From positions 143,292 through 207,291 of the forward strand of contig CAZIKT010000001.1 in the NCBI GenBank assembly GCA_964539885.1: a stretch of 64,000 bases of DNA. Direction: 5' to 3'. Position 1 is the first letter of the stretch; every line of letters starts with the position of its first letter. The stretch is from an uncultured Ardenticatenaceae bacterium. Its GTDB lineage: Bacteria; Chloroflexota; Anaerolineae; Promineifilales; Promineifilaceae. Both the position numbers and the translations under genes were made by a program. The notes beneath the pieces are model-generated. The model worked only from the letters and a program-made list of their open reading frames with translations, did no database searches and was not told the origin of the DNA. Shown one piece after another: positions 27,924-37,200 of this stretch.

Positions 27924-28769
27924 TTATGGCGCCGGCGTAACGGTTGGCACCACAGTAATGATGGCCGTCTCTTCAAAGGTAAATGCCCAGATTATTACGA
28001 CTAACAGCAGTGCGCCCACCACCAAGCTGAACGCAAAGAAGATTCGCTGCCGGTGTCGCAATACGGGCTTCTCAACGATTGGCCACGGTTCGCCTCCGGC
28101 ATCTAGCCGCTCCAGTTCCAATGCATGTTCCTCCTCCATTTGCTTACGCGACATCGTGCCTGTAAACATACTGCGATTAAAATGCTTGATGTGCACATTG
28201 TACATGTGCCAGACGATCAGGGCGGAGACAGCGAGGATGGCCTCCCAGCCATGCGCCGCCTTCGCCATGGGAATGAGTTCGCCGGGAAAGATAGAGGTAA
28301 AGGCAATGGGGTTCCACATGATGAAGCCGGTAATGGTCATCAGCGCGGTACCCCAAAGTACAGCCCAGTACTCGAATTTTTCGCCGAAGTTGAACTTCAG
28401 CATCTTGGGCGGCTCCTCCTGCAAACCCAAATTGTGTTTGACGGTGCCCGTTAAGTCGTCCAGGTCCTTGCGGGTCGGGAACATCGGCATGCGTTCCCGC
28501 CGGACAAAAAAGCGATATGCAGCCACCCCCAAACTATAGATTGAGCCGAGCACCAGCACGACCGCGGCATAATGGTGAATGATGCGCACATTGGTGATGC
28601 CCCCCAACCAACCGACAAGCGTCTGTGCCCACGGTTGAGTCTCCCACATTTGTGGCAGGCCCGTGATCGCCAGAGTTGTGAAGCTGAAGATCAGTATGAG
28701 ATGTTCGATCCGCGCTCCCAGGCGGAATCGGGGGTAATGGGTTGGTAACTCGCGGGTGGACTCACTCAT
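27924..28769 (-). CDS. b-type cytochrome membrane subunit (FdnI / Ni-Fe-hydrogenase cytochrome b-like)
   Basis: Four core TM helices with conserved His (IEHLIL, IIHHYA, AAHGWE, VWHMYN), plus an extra C-terminal TM helix. Lies immediately downstream of the 14-heme gene. Confidence 0.8.
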   Translation of the reverse strand: MSESTRELPTHYPRFRLGARIEHLILIFSFTTLAITGLPQMWETQPWAQTLVGWLGGITNVRIIHHYAAVVLVLGSIYSLGVAAYRFFVRRERMPMFPTRKDLDDLTGTVKHNLGLQEEPPKMLKFNFGEKFEYWAVLWGTALMTITGFIMWNPIAFTSIFPGELIPMAKAAHGWEAILAVSALIVWHMYNVHIKHFNRSMFTGTMSRKQMEEEHALELERLDAGGEPWPIVEKPVLRHRQRIFFAFSLVVGALLLVVIIWAFTFEETAIITVVPTVTPAP

Positions 28770-28800
28770 CAGTACGCTTTACCTCATTTCCGTCAACATT

Positions 28801-30477
28801 TCATTCCAGTTGGCGACCAAAACGCAGCCGAACGCGCCGGAAGATATCCGTCGCAACCAAGAAACCGAACCCGATCAGCGTCATGGGAATAACGATGCGG
28901 TAGAAGGTTTCAACCAGGAAGACGCCGGTGTTGTTTTGCAGCGACGGCTCGTAATGACTGGTCCAGGCTGCCGGGAAGTTCTCCGTAGCGTTCGGGTGAC
29001 ATTTCTGGCACGTCTCTAGCAGGTTAGCCTGGATACCGTTTTCGGGATCATCGGGCCGCCGAATGTCGTGCACGCCGTGGCAGTCATAGCAGACCGCCTC
29101 GTTAAAAGGAGCGTTCGGATCTGCGGTCGGATCAAACAACACCGCGGAAGTGCCGTGAAAATCTGACACGTAGGTGTCAAACACGCTGGTGGAGATCTCA
29201 TATTTGGTCATCAGCTCTTTATCAGCGTGGCAACGCGCACAAATCAGCGGCGACCGGGAGCGATAAAGGGTGGTGGTGGGGTCCTGGATATTGTGCACGC
29301 CGTGACAGTCTATGCAGGTGGGCACATCCGGATTGCTGTTTTGCGCCAGCGCCTCACCGTGAACGCTGTCCACGTACTCGTCATGGATCTCCTGGTGGCA
29401 TTGGGCACACGTCTCTGAGATGCGTTGTCGAGGCTGATTCGGCGGCGGCGTATCGTGCGCGCCGTGACAGTCGGTGCAGACCGCGCCATCCAGATTGCCG
29501 CCGGCGACCAGGGCGCCATGTACATCATCTACGGCCTTCTCCGCATTCTGTTCGTGACAGCGATGGCAAAGCAGGCTGTTGGCGACAGTGTATTCACGCA
29601 AGCTGCCGGTGTTTGCCGGCGCCTCATGCGGAAATCTGTAGTTCTCGTGACAGTCTGTGCAATTCAGTGGTTGCCAGGGATTATCAGCGCCATGCACTGA
29701 TCCACCAAAGTGGGTCCGATCGACGGTTAGCGATAGCTCCTCCCCATTATCCAGCGTCAGTGTACGCCCCGGCTGATCGTGACAGGCCAGGCAATACTGG
29801 TTATCCACCTGGGACGTGAATAGGCCGTCTCGGATGATTGTCTCAAGGATTTCCGGGTCGGTTTGTGGGACGTCGTTTTTGGTATGACAGTTGACGCATG
29901 CCTGGACACCTTCCGGAGTGGTGAGTGTGGCAACCGGCATCACCTCGTGCGAGCCATGACAATCCGTGCAGACGACTGGATTATCGCTATCCGGGCCGGC
30001 GTGCGCGGTTTCATGCGGCTGCTGATGACAACTCAAACAACTCTCTGAGCGAGCGATCTGGAAGCTGCGCAGATCCGCGGCATCTGTCGGCCCGTGCGGA
30101 AACTGATAATCGCCGGCCGCATGACAACTTGTGCAATTGAGCGGCTCTTCGGCCGACGCGCCGTGAACGGAATCGGCCAATGTCTGCGGGTCCACGGCTA
30201 CCGGCAGCTGCGACCCGTCCGGCAACTCAAGGATTGCCTGTGAACCCTCATGGCAGATCCGGCATTGCAGGTCATCGCCGGGGTGAGGCAGGGGTTCGGC
30301 CGATTGCGCCAACACGCTAGCGACCGGGAGAGCGGACGGTGCAGGGCTATACTTCGTCGGCGACGGATCGCTGGCGGCGCGGCCGGCAGCAAACCACAGC
30401 GCCGATATGAGGAGTACCAGCGCCAGTGCCATACTCACACTGATCAGACTACGATTTCGTCGCTGTGACGAGCCCAA
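28801..30477 (-). CDS. 14-heme c-type cytochrome with a signal peptide and a C-terminal TM anchor
   Basis: 14 CXXCH sites, many in the doubled-CXXCH context C..CHG.H (CTDCHGSHE, CTDCHGAHD, CIDCHGVHN, CYDCHGVHD). The TTG start at 30477 has a GAGGAGAG RBS 9 nt upstream. C-terminal helix IVIPMTLIGFGFLVATDIF. Confidence 0.9.
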   Translation of the reverse strand: MGSSQRRNRSLISVSMALALVLLISALWFAAGRAASDPSPTKYSPAPSALPVASVLAQSAEPLPHPGDDLQCRICHEGSQAILELPDGSQLPVAVDPQTLADSVHGASAEEPLNCTSCHAAGDYQFPHGPTDAADLRSFQIARSESCLSCHQQPHETAHAGPDSDNPVVCTDCHGSHEVMPVATLTTPEGVQACVNCHTKNDVPQTDPEILETIIRDGLFTSQVDNQYCLACHDQPGRTLTLDNGEELSLTVDRTHFGGSVHGADNPWQPLNCTDCHENYRFPHEAPANTGSLREYTVANSLLCHRCHEQNAEKAVDDVHGALVAGGNLDGAVCTDCHGAHDTPPPNQPRQRISETCAQCHQEIHDEYVDSVHGEALAQNSNPDVPTCIDCHGVHNIQDPTTTLYRSRSPLICARCHADKELMTKYEISTSVFDTYVSDFHGTSAVLFDPTADPNAPFNEAVCYDCHGVHDIRRPDDPENGIQANLLETCQKCHPNATENFPAAWTSHYEPSLQNNTGVFLVETFYRIVIPMTLIGFGFLVATDIFRRVRLRFGRQLE

Positions 30478-30565
30478 AACTCTTATCTCTCCTCAACAAA
30501 GCGCCAAGAACAAATCACTTTACGCGCCGACAATCTGTTCTGCGGCGGAATCGCGGCTTGTGACC

Positions 30566-31858
30566 CTAGGGGGTCGGAGTTCCCTCGGTCGGCGCTCCTT
30601 CTTCGATCACTTCTTCAGCCGACGCCTCAACCGGAGGATTATGATATCCTACCGCGGTTTCGATCAACTCCTCATCCGTCTTGTCTCTGCCCAAGCCATC
30701 CGGGTTGTGGCAGCTCCGGCAAGAAGAATTCAGCGCGAGGCGTGGATGGGCCACTGTGCCGTCTTCGTTGAACTGCTCGATCTGGAGCGGGTCAATGGAC
30801 ACTTGATGCGTGCGCATATCGCCTGTGAACTTGGCCGGATCGCCGGCAGCAACCTGGATTATCCTGGGCATGTGGCAGGAAACACAATTCACGTCTATTC
30901 GAGCGTGCACTTCGTTATTCTGGTTCTGCACCTGCGCGAAATGACAGTTCTCGCAATTGACAATTGTGGTAGGCAGTTCAGCTTCACGAAGCTGGACTAC
31001 CCCGGTATGCGGGTCATGACAGACCACACAGTCGAGTATCACATGCTTGCCTTCAAAGAGGTCCTGATACTGGTCGTGATGCTGGATGAAGCCGTCGCTG
31101 CCGGCGACTTCGTCAACCGTTCCCCGGGCGTGACAGGCGGCGCAAGCTGCACTGTCCCGGTCCACGACTGGACGGAAGGAAAGCGGGTGATTGGCATGCA
31201 GGCTGCCGGGGCCGTGACATTCCTCACAACCGATGCCCGCTTCCGCCCAGGTGCCGGTTATGCCCGGCAGACCATCCTGGTTGCCGGATGAGGAGTAGCC
31301 GGTCGTGTGGCAGCGGCCGCAATCGTATGAAATCTCCTCTCCCGGGTGATAGGCTACCCATTCGTCGCGAGTCTCCAACTCGTCATTAGGAAGATTGTAC
31401 TGCGTGGTGGCTTCGGCGCTGTCTCCGGTAATGATCAAGCCGTCCAGACCGATAAAGCGAGCCTTCCAGTTATAGCCGCCTATTACAAACGCTATGTCTT
31501 CCCAGGTGTATCCCTCCGGCGGGTCAGGCACTCGACTGAATGGATAGGTCGGCTCCTCTCCATCAACGACCGCGTTGAGCTGGAAATTGTGCCCACTCAG
31601 AGCGTAGATATCAAACAATTCCTGGTGGCACTCTGCGCAGGCTTCGCTTCCAATGTATTGCGCCGGCTCGAAACTCACCCCGTCCGCTCCTGCCGGCCCG
31701 GACGCGCCGGGCGCTCCATCTCTGCCGGTGGGTCCAGGAAGGCCCTGTGGTCCCTGCGGACCTGGAGGTCCTTGCGGTCCTTCCTGCGGGGCGCAGGCGG
31801 TTATTAACAGGCCTACAGCGATGAAGATGATCCAACTAGAGAGATGAATGCGCCTCAT
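30566..31858 (-). CDS. octaheme c-type cytochrome lipoprotein with an N-terminal collagen-like stalk (paralog of 22383..23666)
   Basis: Lipobox LITAC. Eight CXXCH sites (CAECH, CGRCH, CEECH, CAACH, CVVCH, CENCH, CVSCH, CRSCH). Roughly 50% identity by eye to the other octaheme protein. RBS GGGAGGGAA. Confidence 0.9.
   Translation of the reverse strand: MRRIHLSSWIIFIAVGLLITACAPQEGPQGPPGPQGPQGLPGPTGRDGAPGASGPAGADGVSFEPAQYIGSEACAECHQELFDIYALSGHNFQLNAVVDGEEPTYPFSRVPDPPEGYTWEDIAFVIGGYNWKARFIGLDGLIITGDSAEATTQYNLPNDELETRDEWVAYHPGEEISYDCGRCHTTGYSSSGNQDGLPGITGTWAEAGIGCEECHGPGSLHANHPLSFRPVVDRDSAACAACHARGTVDEVAGSDGFIQHHDQYQDLFEGKHVILDCVVCHDPHTGVVQLREAELPTTIVNCENCHFAQVQNQNNEVHARIDVNCVSCHMPRIIQVAAGDPAKFTGDMRTHQVSIDPLQIEQFNEDGTVAHPRLALNSSCRSCHNPDGLGRDKTDEELIETAVGYHNPPVEASAEEVIEEGAPTEGTPTP
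31673..31780 (-). repeat. collagen-like Gly-X-Y repeat (12 triplets) within the octaheme cytochrome
   Basis: [36 protein letters not shown], starting 4 residues after the lipobox Cys. Confidence 0.9.
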
Positions 31859-32275
31859 TATTCCCTCCCAGGCCCATTGTGGGCAGGAGACTCAATTAGC
31901 TATGCGGTTCGAGTCGCCGGAACTGCCGGCTTTGTGCTAGACAAGAGAATACTCGTTCCAATTCTAGAGCAAGTGCCCCGCTACGCCAACCAGCCCGGTG
32001 TAGTTATTCGAGTCGGCTTCGTCCGCCTACGATCTCACCAGAGCAGGCGTAATATCCTCTTATCCTAGTCAGGAGAGAGTACCAGATGACGCCAAGTGTA
32101 TCAAGGGCGGAGACTCCGCCAAGGTAACATTCTGCATATGCAAGATATGACAATCGTCACAATGATGCTTTCACACTATGTGCTTGCCGGCCGCCCTAGC
32201 ACATTTATCAGCCCCTTGATGCAGCGGTAAGCGATATCTACCGCACGTGTGGACTTCCCTGATAGTCGACTCGTT

Positions 32276-33727
32276 TCAAAGCATTGCCAGCGCTTCATGA
32301 ATCCTGACCATCGCCAGCGTATCAAGGCCGCAATACCTGCGCAGTTCATTCATCAGGAACTCCCTCTCCAGCTGATCTTCACAGGTGATCATTTGTTCCC
32401 AGGCGGCCTGCGCCTGGGAACCGTTCTGCACAATCAGATGTTCGTAGCTTAGCTCAGGCACGATCACCGGCAGCACCGACTTCAGCGAATTCGATTTGCC
32501 GAAGCCGTAATGGTGATAACTGCGCTTGATCAGCTCGTATTGGTCCCACAATCGGCCGATGATATGCAGCAACCGCTCGCTATGCGCCGGAAAGGCCTCA
32601 GCCAATTCAAGCAGCCGCGACCGCTCAAAAGAGGCGTAGTAAACAACTATGTGTCCCCGTTCTCCAATATCGTTCAACAACGACGTGACCAGCGTTTGTC
32701 GCGGATCTGTGCCGTCCAAGTGTAGGAACTCGCGGTGCTCAAGTGCGCCGTTTTCGTGCAGGATATGGCAACTGTACTGGAATGGTACGTTCTGATAGGG
32801 CCGGCAGCCGGCGTAGATCGGTACCGGGTACTCGATGGTCTCAAAATCAAGGAAGTGCAGCGGGAATTCCAGCCCTGCCAGCTCGCCGCGAAGCGGCTCG
32901 TAGTCAATCTGTACCAACCGCTGATTGATACGGGAGGTGAAGGTGCGCTGATTCTCCGTAAGCGCGAAGTCAGCCGGCACGTCTGCCAACGACAGTATGC
33001 CCATTGCGCGAAGGCGCAACTCCCGTTGGCCGCCCAAACGTGGAATGTCATAGATGGTAAGGCCCGGTACGAGCTGCCAGCAGTGGTCATATAGCGGGCA
33101 GCGATCCGGCCTCTGACAGTGGCGGCCGACGTCAATCTGTGGAGCTCGAGGCTGGGAATTGACCTCGCGCATTGCCGCTATGTCCTCCGTTATCCGACCT
33201 GTCATCGACACAGCCTGCTCCGTCACGTCAGCTAGTACGAACAGGTCCTCAAGGTCAGGGTACCGGCACTGTCCGTTGATATGCATGATGCTGACCTGGC
33301 TCACCGGCATCCCGGCCTGGCGCAACACGTAGTATTGGAAAGCGACATCCGGCAAGTGCTCTTCCTTAACGCTGAGCCCTGCCTTAACCTCGATCAGATG
33401 CCAGCTCTGATCCCGGCGCAGCAGGATGTCACTTCTACATAACAGGTCTTCCGCAGCGAATGTCGCCTGGAAAAGCACGTTCGCCCCCGCATCCAGAGCG
33501 TCCCGGGTACGCGAGACCATTTCCGCCGGCTGCGGCTCATAAGGAATGAGCACACCTCCTAAGAATCGGTCGCGAGCCGTGCGATCTACGTCCTGTCCCA
33601 GGCGCATCCGGCGCAGGGCGGCGTCATCCGGCGGCGCGACCAGGTCGGGCTGATACTCCTCAAGCCAAAGTCTCTTTGCGCAGCGCAGGAAGTTCATGTA
33701 GCGGCCCTTGGTGATGATCTTGCTCAC
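32276..33727 (-). CDS. DUF2779-like protein (putative PD-(D/E)XK-type nuclease fold)
   Basis: The N-terminus (SKIITKGRYMNFLRCAKRLWLEEY) resembles the DUF2779 family start as I recall it. IEVK motif and a C-terminal Cys cluster. Not verified by search. Confidence 0.6.
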   Translation of the reverse strand: MSKIITKGRYMNFLRCAKRLWLEEYQPDLVAPPDDAALRRMRLGQDVDRTARDRFLGGVLIPYEPQPAEMVSRTRDALDAGANVLFQATFAAEDLLCRSDILLRRDQSWHLIEVKAGLSVKEEHLPDVAFQYYVLRQAGMPVSQVSIMHINGQCRYPDLEDLFVLADVTEQAVSMTGRITEDIAAMREVNSQPRAPQIDVGRHCQRPDRCPLYDHCWQLVPGLTIYDIPRLGGQRELRLRAMGILSLADVPADFALTENQRTFTSRINQRLVQIDYEPLRGELAGLEFPLHFLDFETIEYPVPIYAGCRPYQNVPFQYSCHILHENGALEHREFLHLDGTDPRQTLVTSLLNDIGERGHIVVYYASFERSRLLELAEAFPAHSERLLHIIGRLWDQYELIKRSYHHYGFGKSNSLKSVLPVIVPELSYEHLIVQNGSQAQAAWEQMITCEDQLEREFLMNELRRYCGLDTLAMVRIHEALAML

Positions 33728-34260
33728 TGCCGGCCGTCCTTGTGCGTCACATCCTTCATCTCCGTCAGTATCGACCCAGTCGTTTGCATGGTTTCATTCC
33801 CCGATTGGCTAGCCCGATTGTACCAGACGCCCTCCAATATGAGCCGGGATTGGGCGAGCTATTTTCTATGTGTAAATTGCTTTACTGTGAGCGGCGGCCG
33901 TTTTCGTTTATTGTTGCGACTGATGAAAGTCTTCGCTAGGATGCACGAGGACAAGGTCGGGGGACCATTCAGCGTTGGTGATGGCGTCTTGAGTCAGTTT
34001 GGGCACATACCGGATATCCGGCATTTTCGCGTTCACTAGCAGAGGTTGAGAACCTGCATACGCAAGTTAACGGTGGGTGGAACAGTGATCACCCGCCTGC
34101 TCACTTCCCACTTCGGTCTTGAACGCCATTTGACCAGTGCTTCTCAATACCCAGTACAAGGAGGTACTCGATAGCGCATGTTTTCTGGTGCCGGCAGTTT
34201 TGCCACGAAATGACGCGGCAGAATCGTTCAACGTGACTATCGCTCAAAGGAGGCGTTTTC

Positions 34261-37200
34261 ATGTTTAGACACTCGCGTACCCTATTCTTGCGGCTGCTGA
34301 TTATCGTAGCAGCCGCCTTCTTGTTAGCCCAGTTGCCCGGCAAGAGCGAGGCCGTCTCGCCGGCGGTCGCCGATCACGAAATATCCTTGCTCATGGTCGC
34401 ATCTTCCGTTGCCGGCGCTCCTCTGCAGCAGACGGAGGGTGCGAATCCGGCGGTCCCTACCGCCTGTCCCCTCAACAATCCCCCATACACGGCCGGCTTG
34501 GAGATCATCGAGCGCACCGACTTCTGTCTCTACTACGAGGAAGGGGTGACCAGCGACTACGCGAACGGGATCCTTTCCGCAGCTGACGCGATCATCGCCG
34601 CCGACCACGTCGAAGACTATTGGGATCGCTACGCCGTTGATTTCGGCTTCGAGGAACCGTTTATCCTGGCCCCAAACACCAAGCTCGAGGTGTTGGTCGA
34701 GGGCGGCGGTAGCTGTAACGGCGCCACGAACTCAACGTGGAATTACATGTACAGCTATACAGAATGTTACGGCAACGCCGAGTCCATTCAAAAGGTCCTG
34801 GGCCATGAGCTGTTCCATCGCGTGCAATACAGCTACGACGGCTCCGAGGTGAAGTGGTTCAAGGAAGGCACAGCCCGGGCTATGGAGGATCTGGCATTCA
34901 CCAATATCGACAACTGGGCCACGACATTGACCGCTGTCTCCTCATCCTTCAACAAACAGGTTAACACCTACCTCTCCGGCACCACGGCGAACGAAGACAT
35001 CACCAGTGACAACCAGCGCTACAATTCGGCGCTTTGGTGGAAGTACTTTACGGAGCAGTACGGCAGCACTCCCGGCGAGCCGCAACTGGGCGTCGGTGCA
35101 TTCCTGGCTCTGTGGGAGGCGGCAGAGACGAGTGACGATCTGGCTGCCCTGAACAGCGCCCTGGCAGCGCTCGGCGCCAGTGACAACTTCAACGATGCCT
35201 TCCGCCAATTCGCCGTCGCCAACTGGACAAAGGACCTCACCGGCGTGCCGGATGACTCCTACAACTACGCCGACGAGGATCAGGTCGGCAATGGGGCTCC
35301 CTATGGACCGCTGGTGCCGACCAACGGCGGCACAATCACCACGGCGACAACTGCGGTCTGGAACAATCAGTGGGTAGATCGTTATGGGCTCCGCTATTAC
35401 CAGGCAACGCCGGGCGCCGACTGCCCGGCGATCAGCGCAACGTTCCACCAGGATGAAGGGCCGGACGCCTTTTATCACGTAATCACCCAGATTGGCAGCG
35501 CCTTCCAGACTCACGTGGAGGGTAGCGGCACTGACTGGACGCAGAATTTCCTCAACAACGGCATCACAAAGGTGGTCGCCATCATCGGCGGGCAGGACAG
35601 CGATGCCACGATAGATATCGAGATCGGCTGCGTAGACCCGGTCATTGACATCGAGATCCCGAACCAGCTCGCCCCGGCCTACGTGGGCAATTCCGGCAGC
35701 CCGGACGACATCATCATTCAGGTGTCCGTTACCGATGGTTCCCCCACCGGGCCGGTCGTCGGCGGTATCGCCAACTCCGACTTCAAAGTGGAAATCGGCG
35801 GCGATCCGGCGCTGGTCGTCGGCGGCGGCTTCGTGCAGGAGGAGTACTTCTTGCGGGTAGACACGCCGACCCAAGGCGCTAATGGCCCATACGACCTGGA
35901 GGTGTTCCTGGAGGAGCCGGGCACAACCACCGTGATCGCCTCAGACACCGAAACTGATGCTGTCGTTTACGACAACACCAATATTGACCACATCATTATC
36001 ACCGATGTCTCCTACTCGATGAACGATGACGGCAAGCTAATCGCGGCTGCCGATGCCGCGCATCTGTACATAGACGTCAGCAACAGCTCAGACGGGTTGG
36101 GGCTGGTCTCGTTTAGCACAGATGTGGAGGACTTCCTGGATGTCGAGTTCGGGACCTTGGGCCACAGGAACGATGCCCATGACCAGGTGGACAGCTACGT
36201 GCCGACCCTGGCGACAAGCATCGGCGATGGCCTGGACAAGGCGGTTGACCTGCTGAACGCCAGCCCAACCGGCAACACGCGCTGCCAGTTCACGCTGTTG
36301 TCTGACGGCATGGAAAATCGTGATCTGTACTGGGCAGATGTAGAGGGTGATGTCAAGGATACCGACTGCCCGGTCATGACCGTTGCCTTCGGCGAGGCCA
36401 GCAACGAACTGCTGATGCAGGAGATCGCTACTGAGACCGGCGGCGCGTCTTACTACAATGACGTCTACGTCAGCAATCAAGATGGCGGCGGAGGAATAGA
36501 CCAGACCGAATTGGAGTTGGGCAATTCATACATGCACGCTTTCTGCGAAGGTCGAGGATGTGAGCGCCTGTACTCGGTACAGGGCGAGATTGGTTACGCT
36601 GAACCGATTTCCCACTCGTTTAGCGTCGACAGCTCCGTTCTCGACCTGACTGTCGTCCTTGATTGGTATCCTAGTTATGTCATCCCCCTAGAGGGCGAGA
36701 CCCCGATGTCGGTCTATCTGCAATCACCATCAGGTGTCACCTATACCCCGCAGTCGCCCGAGTACTTCTATGATGGTTCCGCGGGCTTTGCCGGCTATAG
36801 GATCGACAATGCGAACATAGAGAGCGGCGAATGGTCAGTGGTGGTCCTCTCCTTCTTCGACGACAATGACAAGCCATATCAGGTGATGGCCTTCGGTCGG
36901 ACGCCTGTTACTGCCGACTTGTTGCTGCCCGCCGGCTTCCTTGCTACAGGCCAGTACTTCCCGCTATACGCTATCTGGCGTCCCGGCGGACAGGTTATGG
37001 TCAGAGTCACTGCCATGGACGGCACAGCTAACACAATGTTCCTACACGACGACGGGCAGCACGGAGACGGGCGGGCCGGCGACGGCTTCTTTGCCGGCCT
37101 GTATACACTCGTAAATCAGGCTGAAATCGTGCAGCCGGTAGACGAACAGGGTGTGCCCAGCCCGCCGGCTCTGGATGAAGGTGCATACAGAGTCGATATG

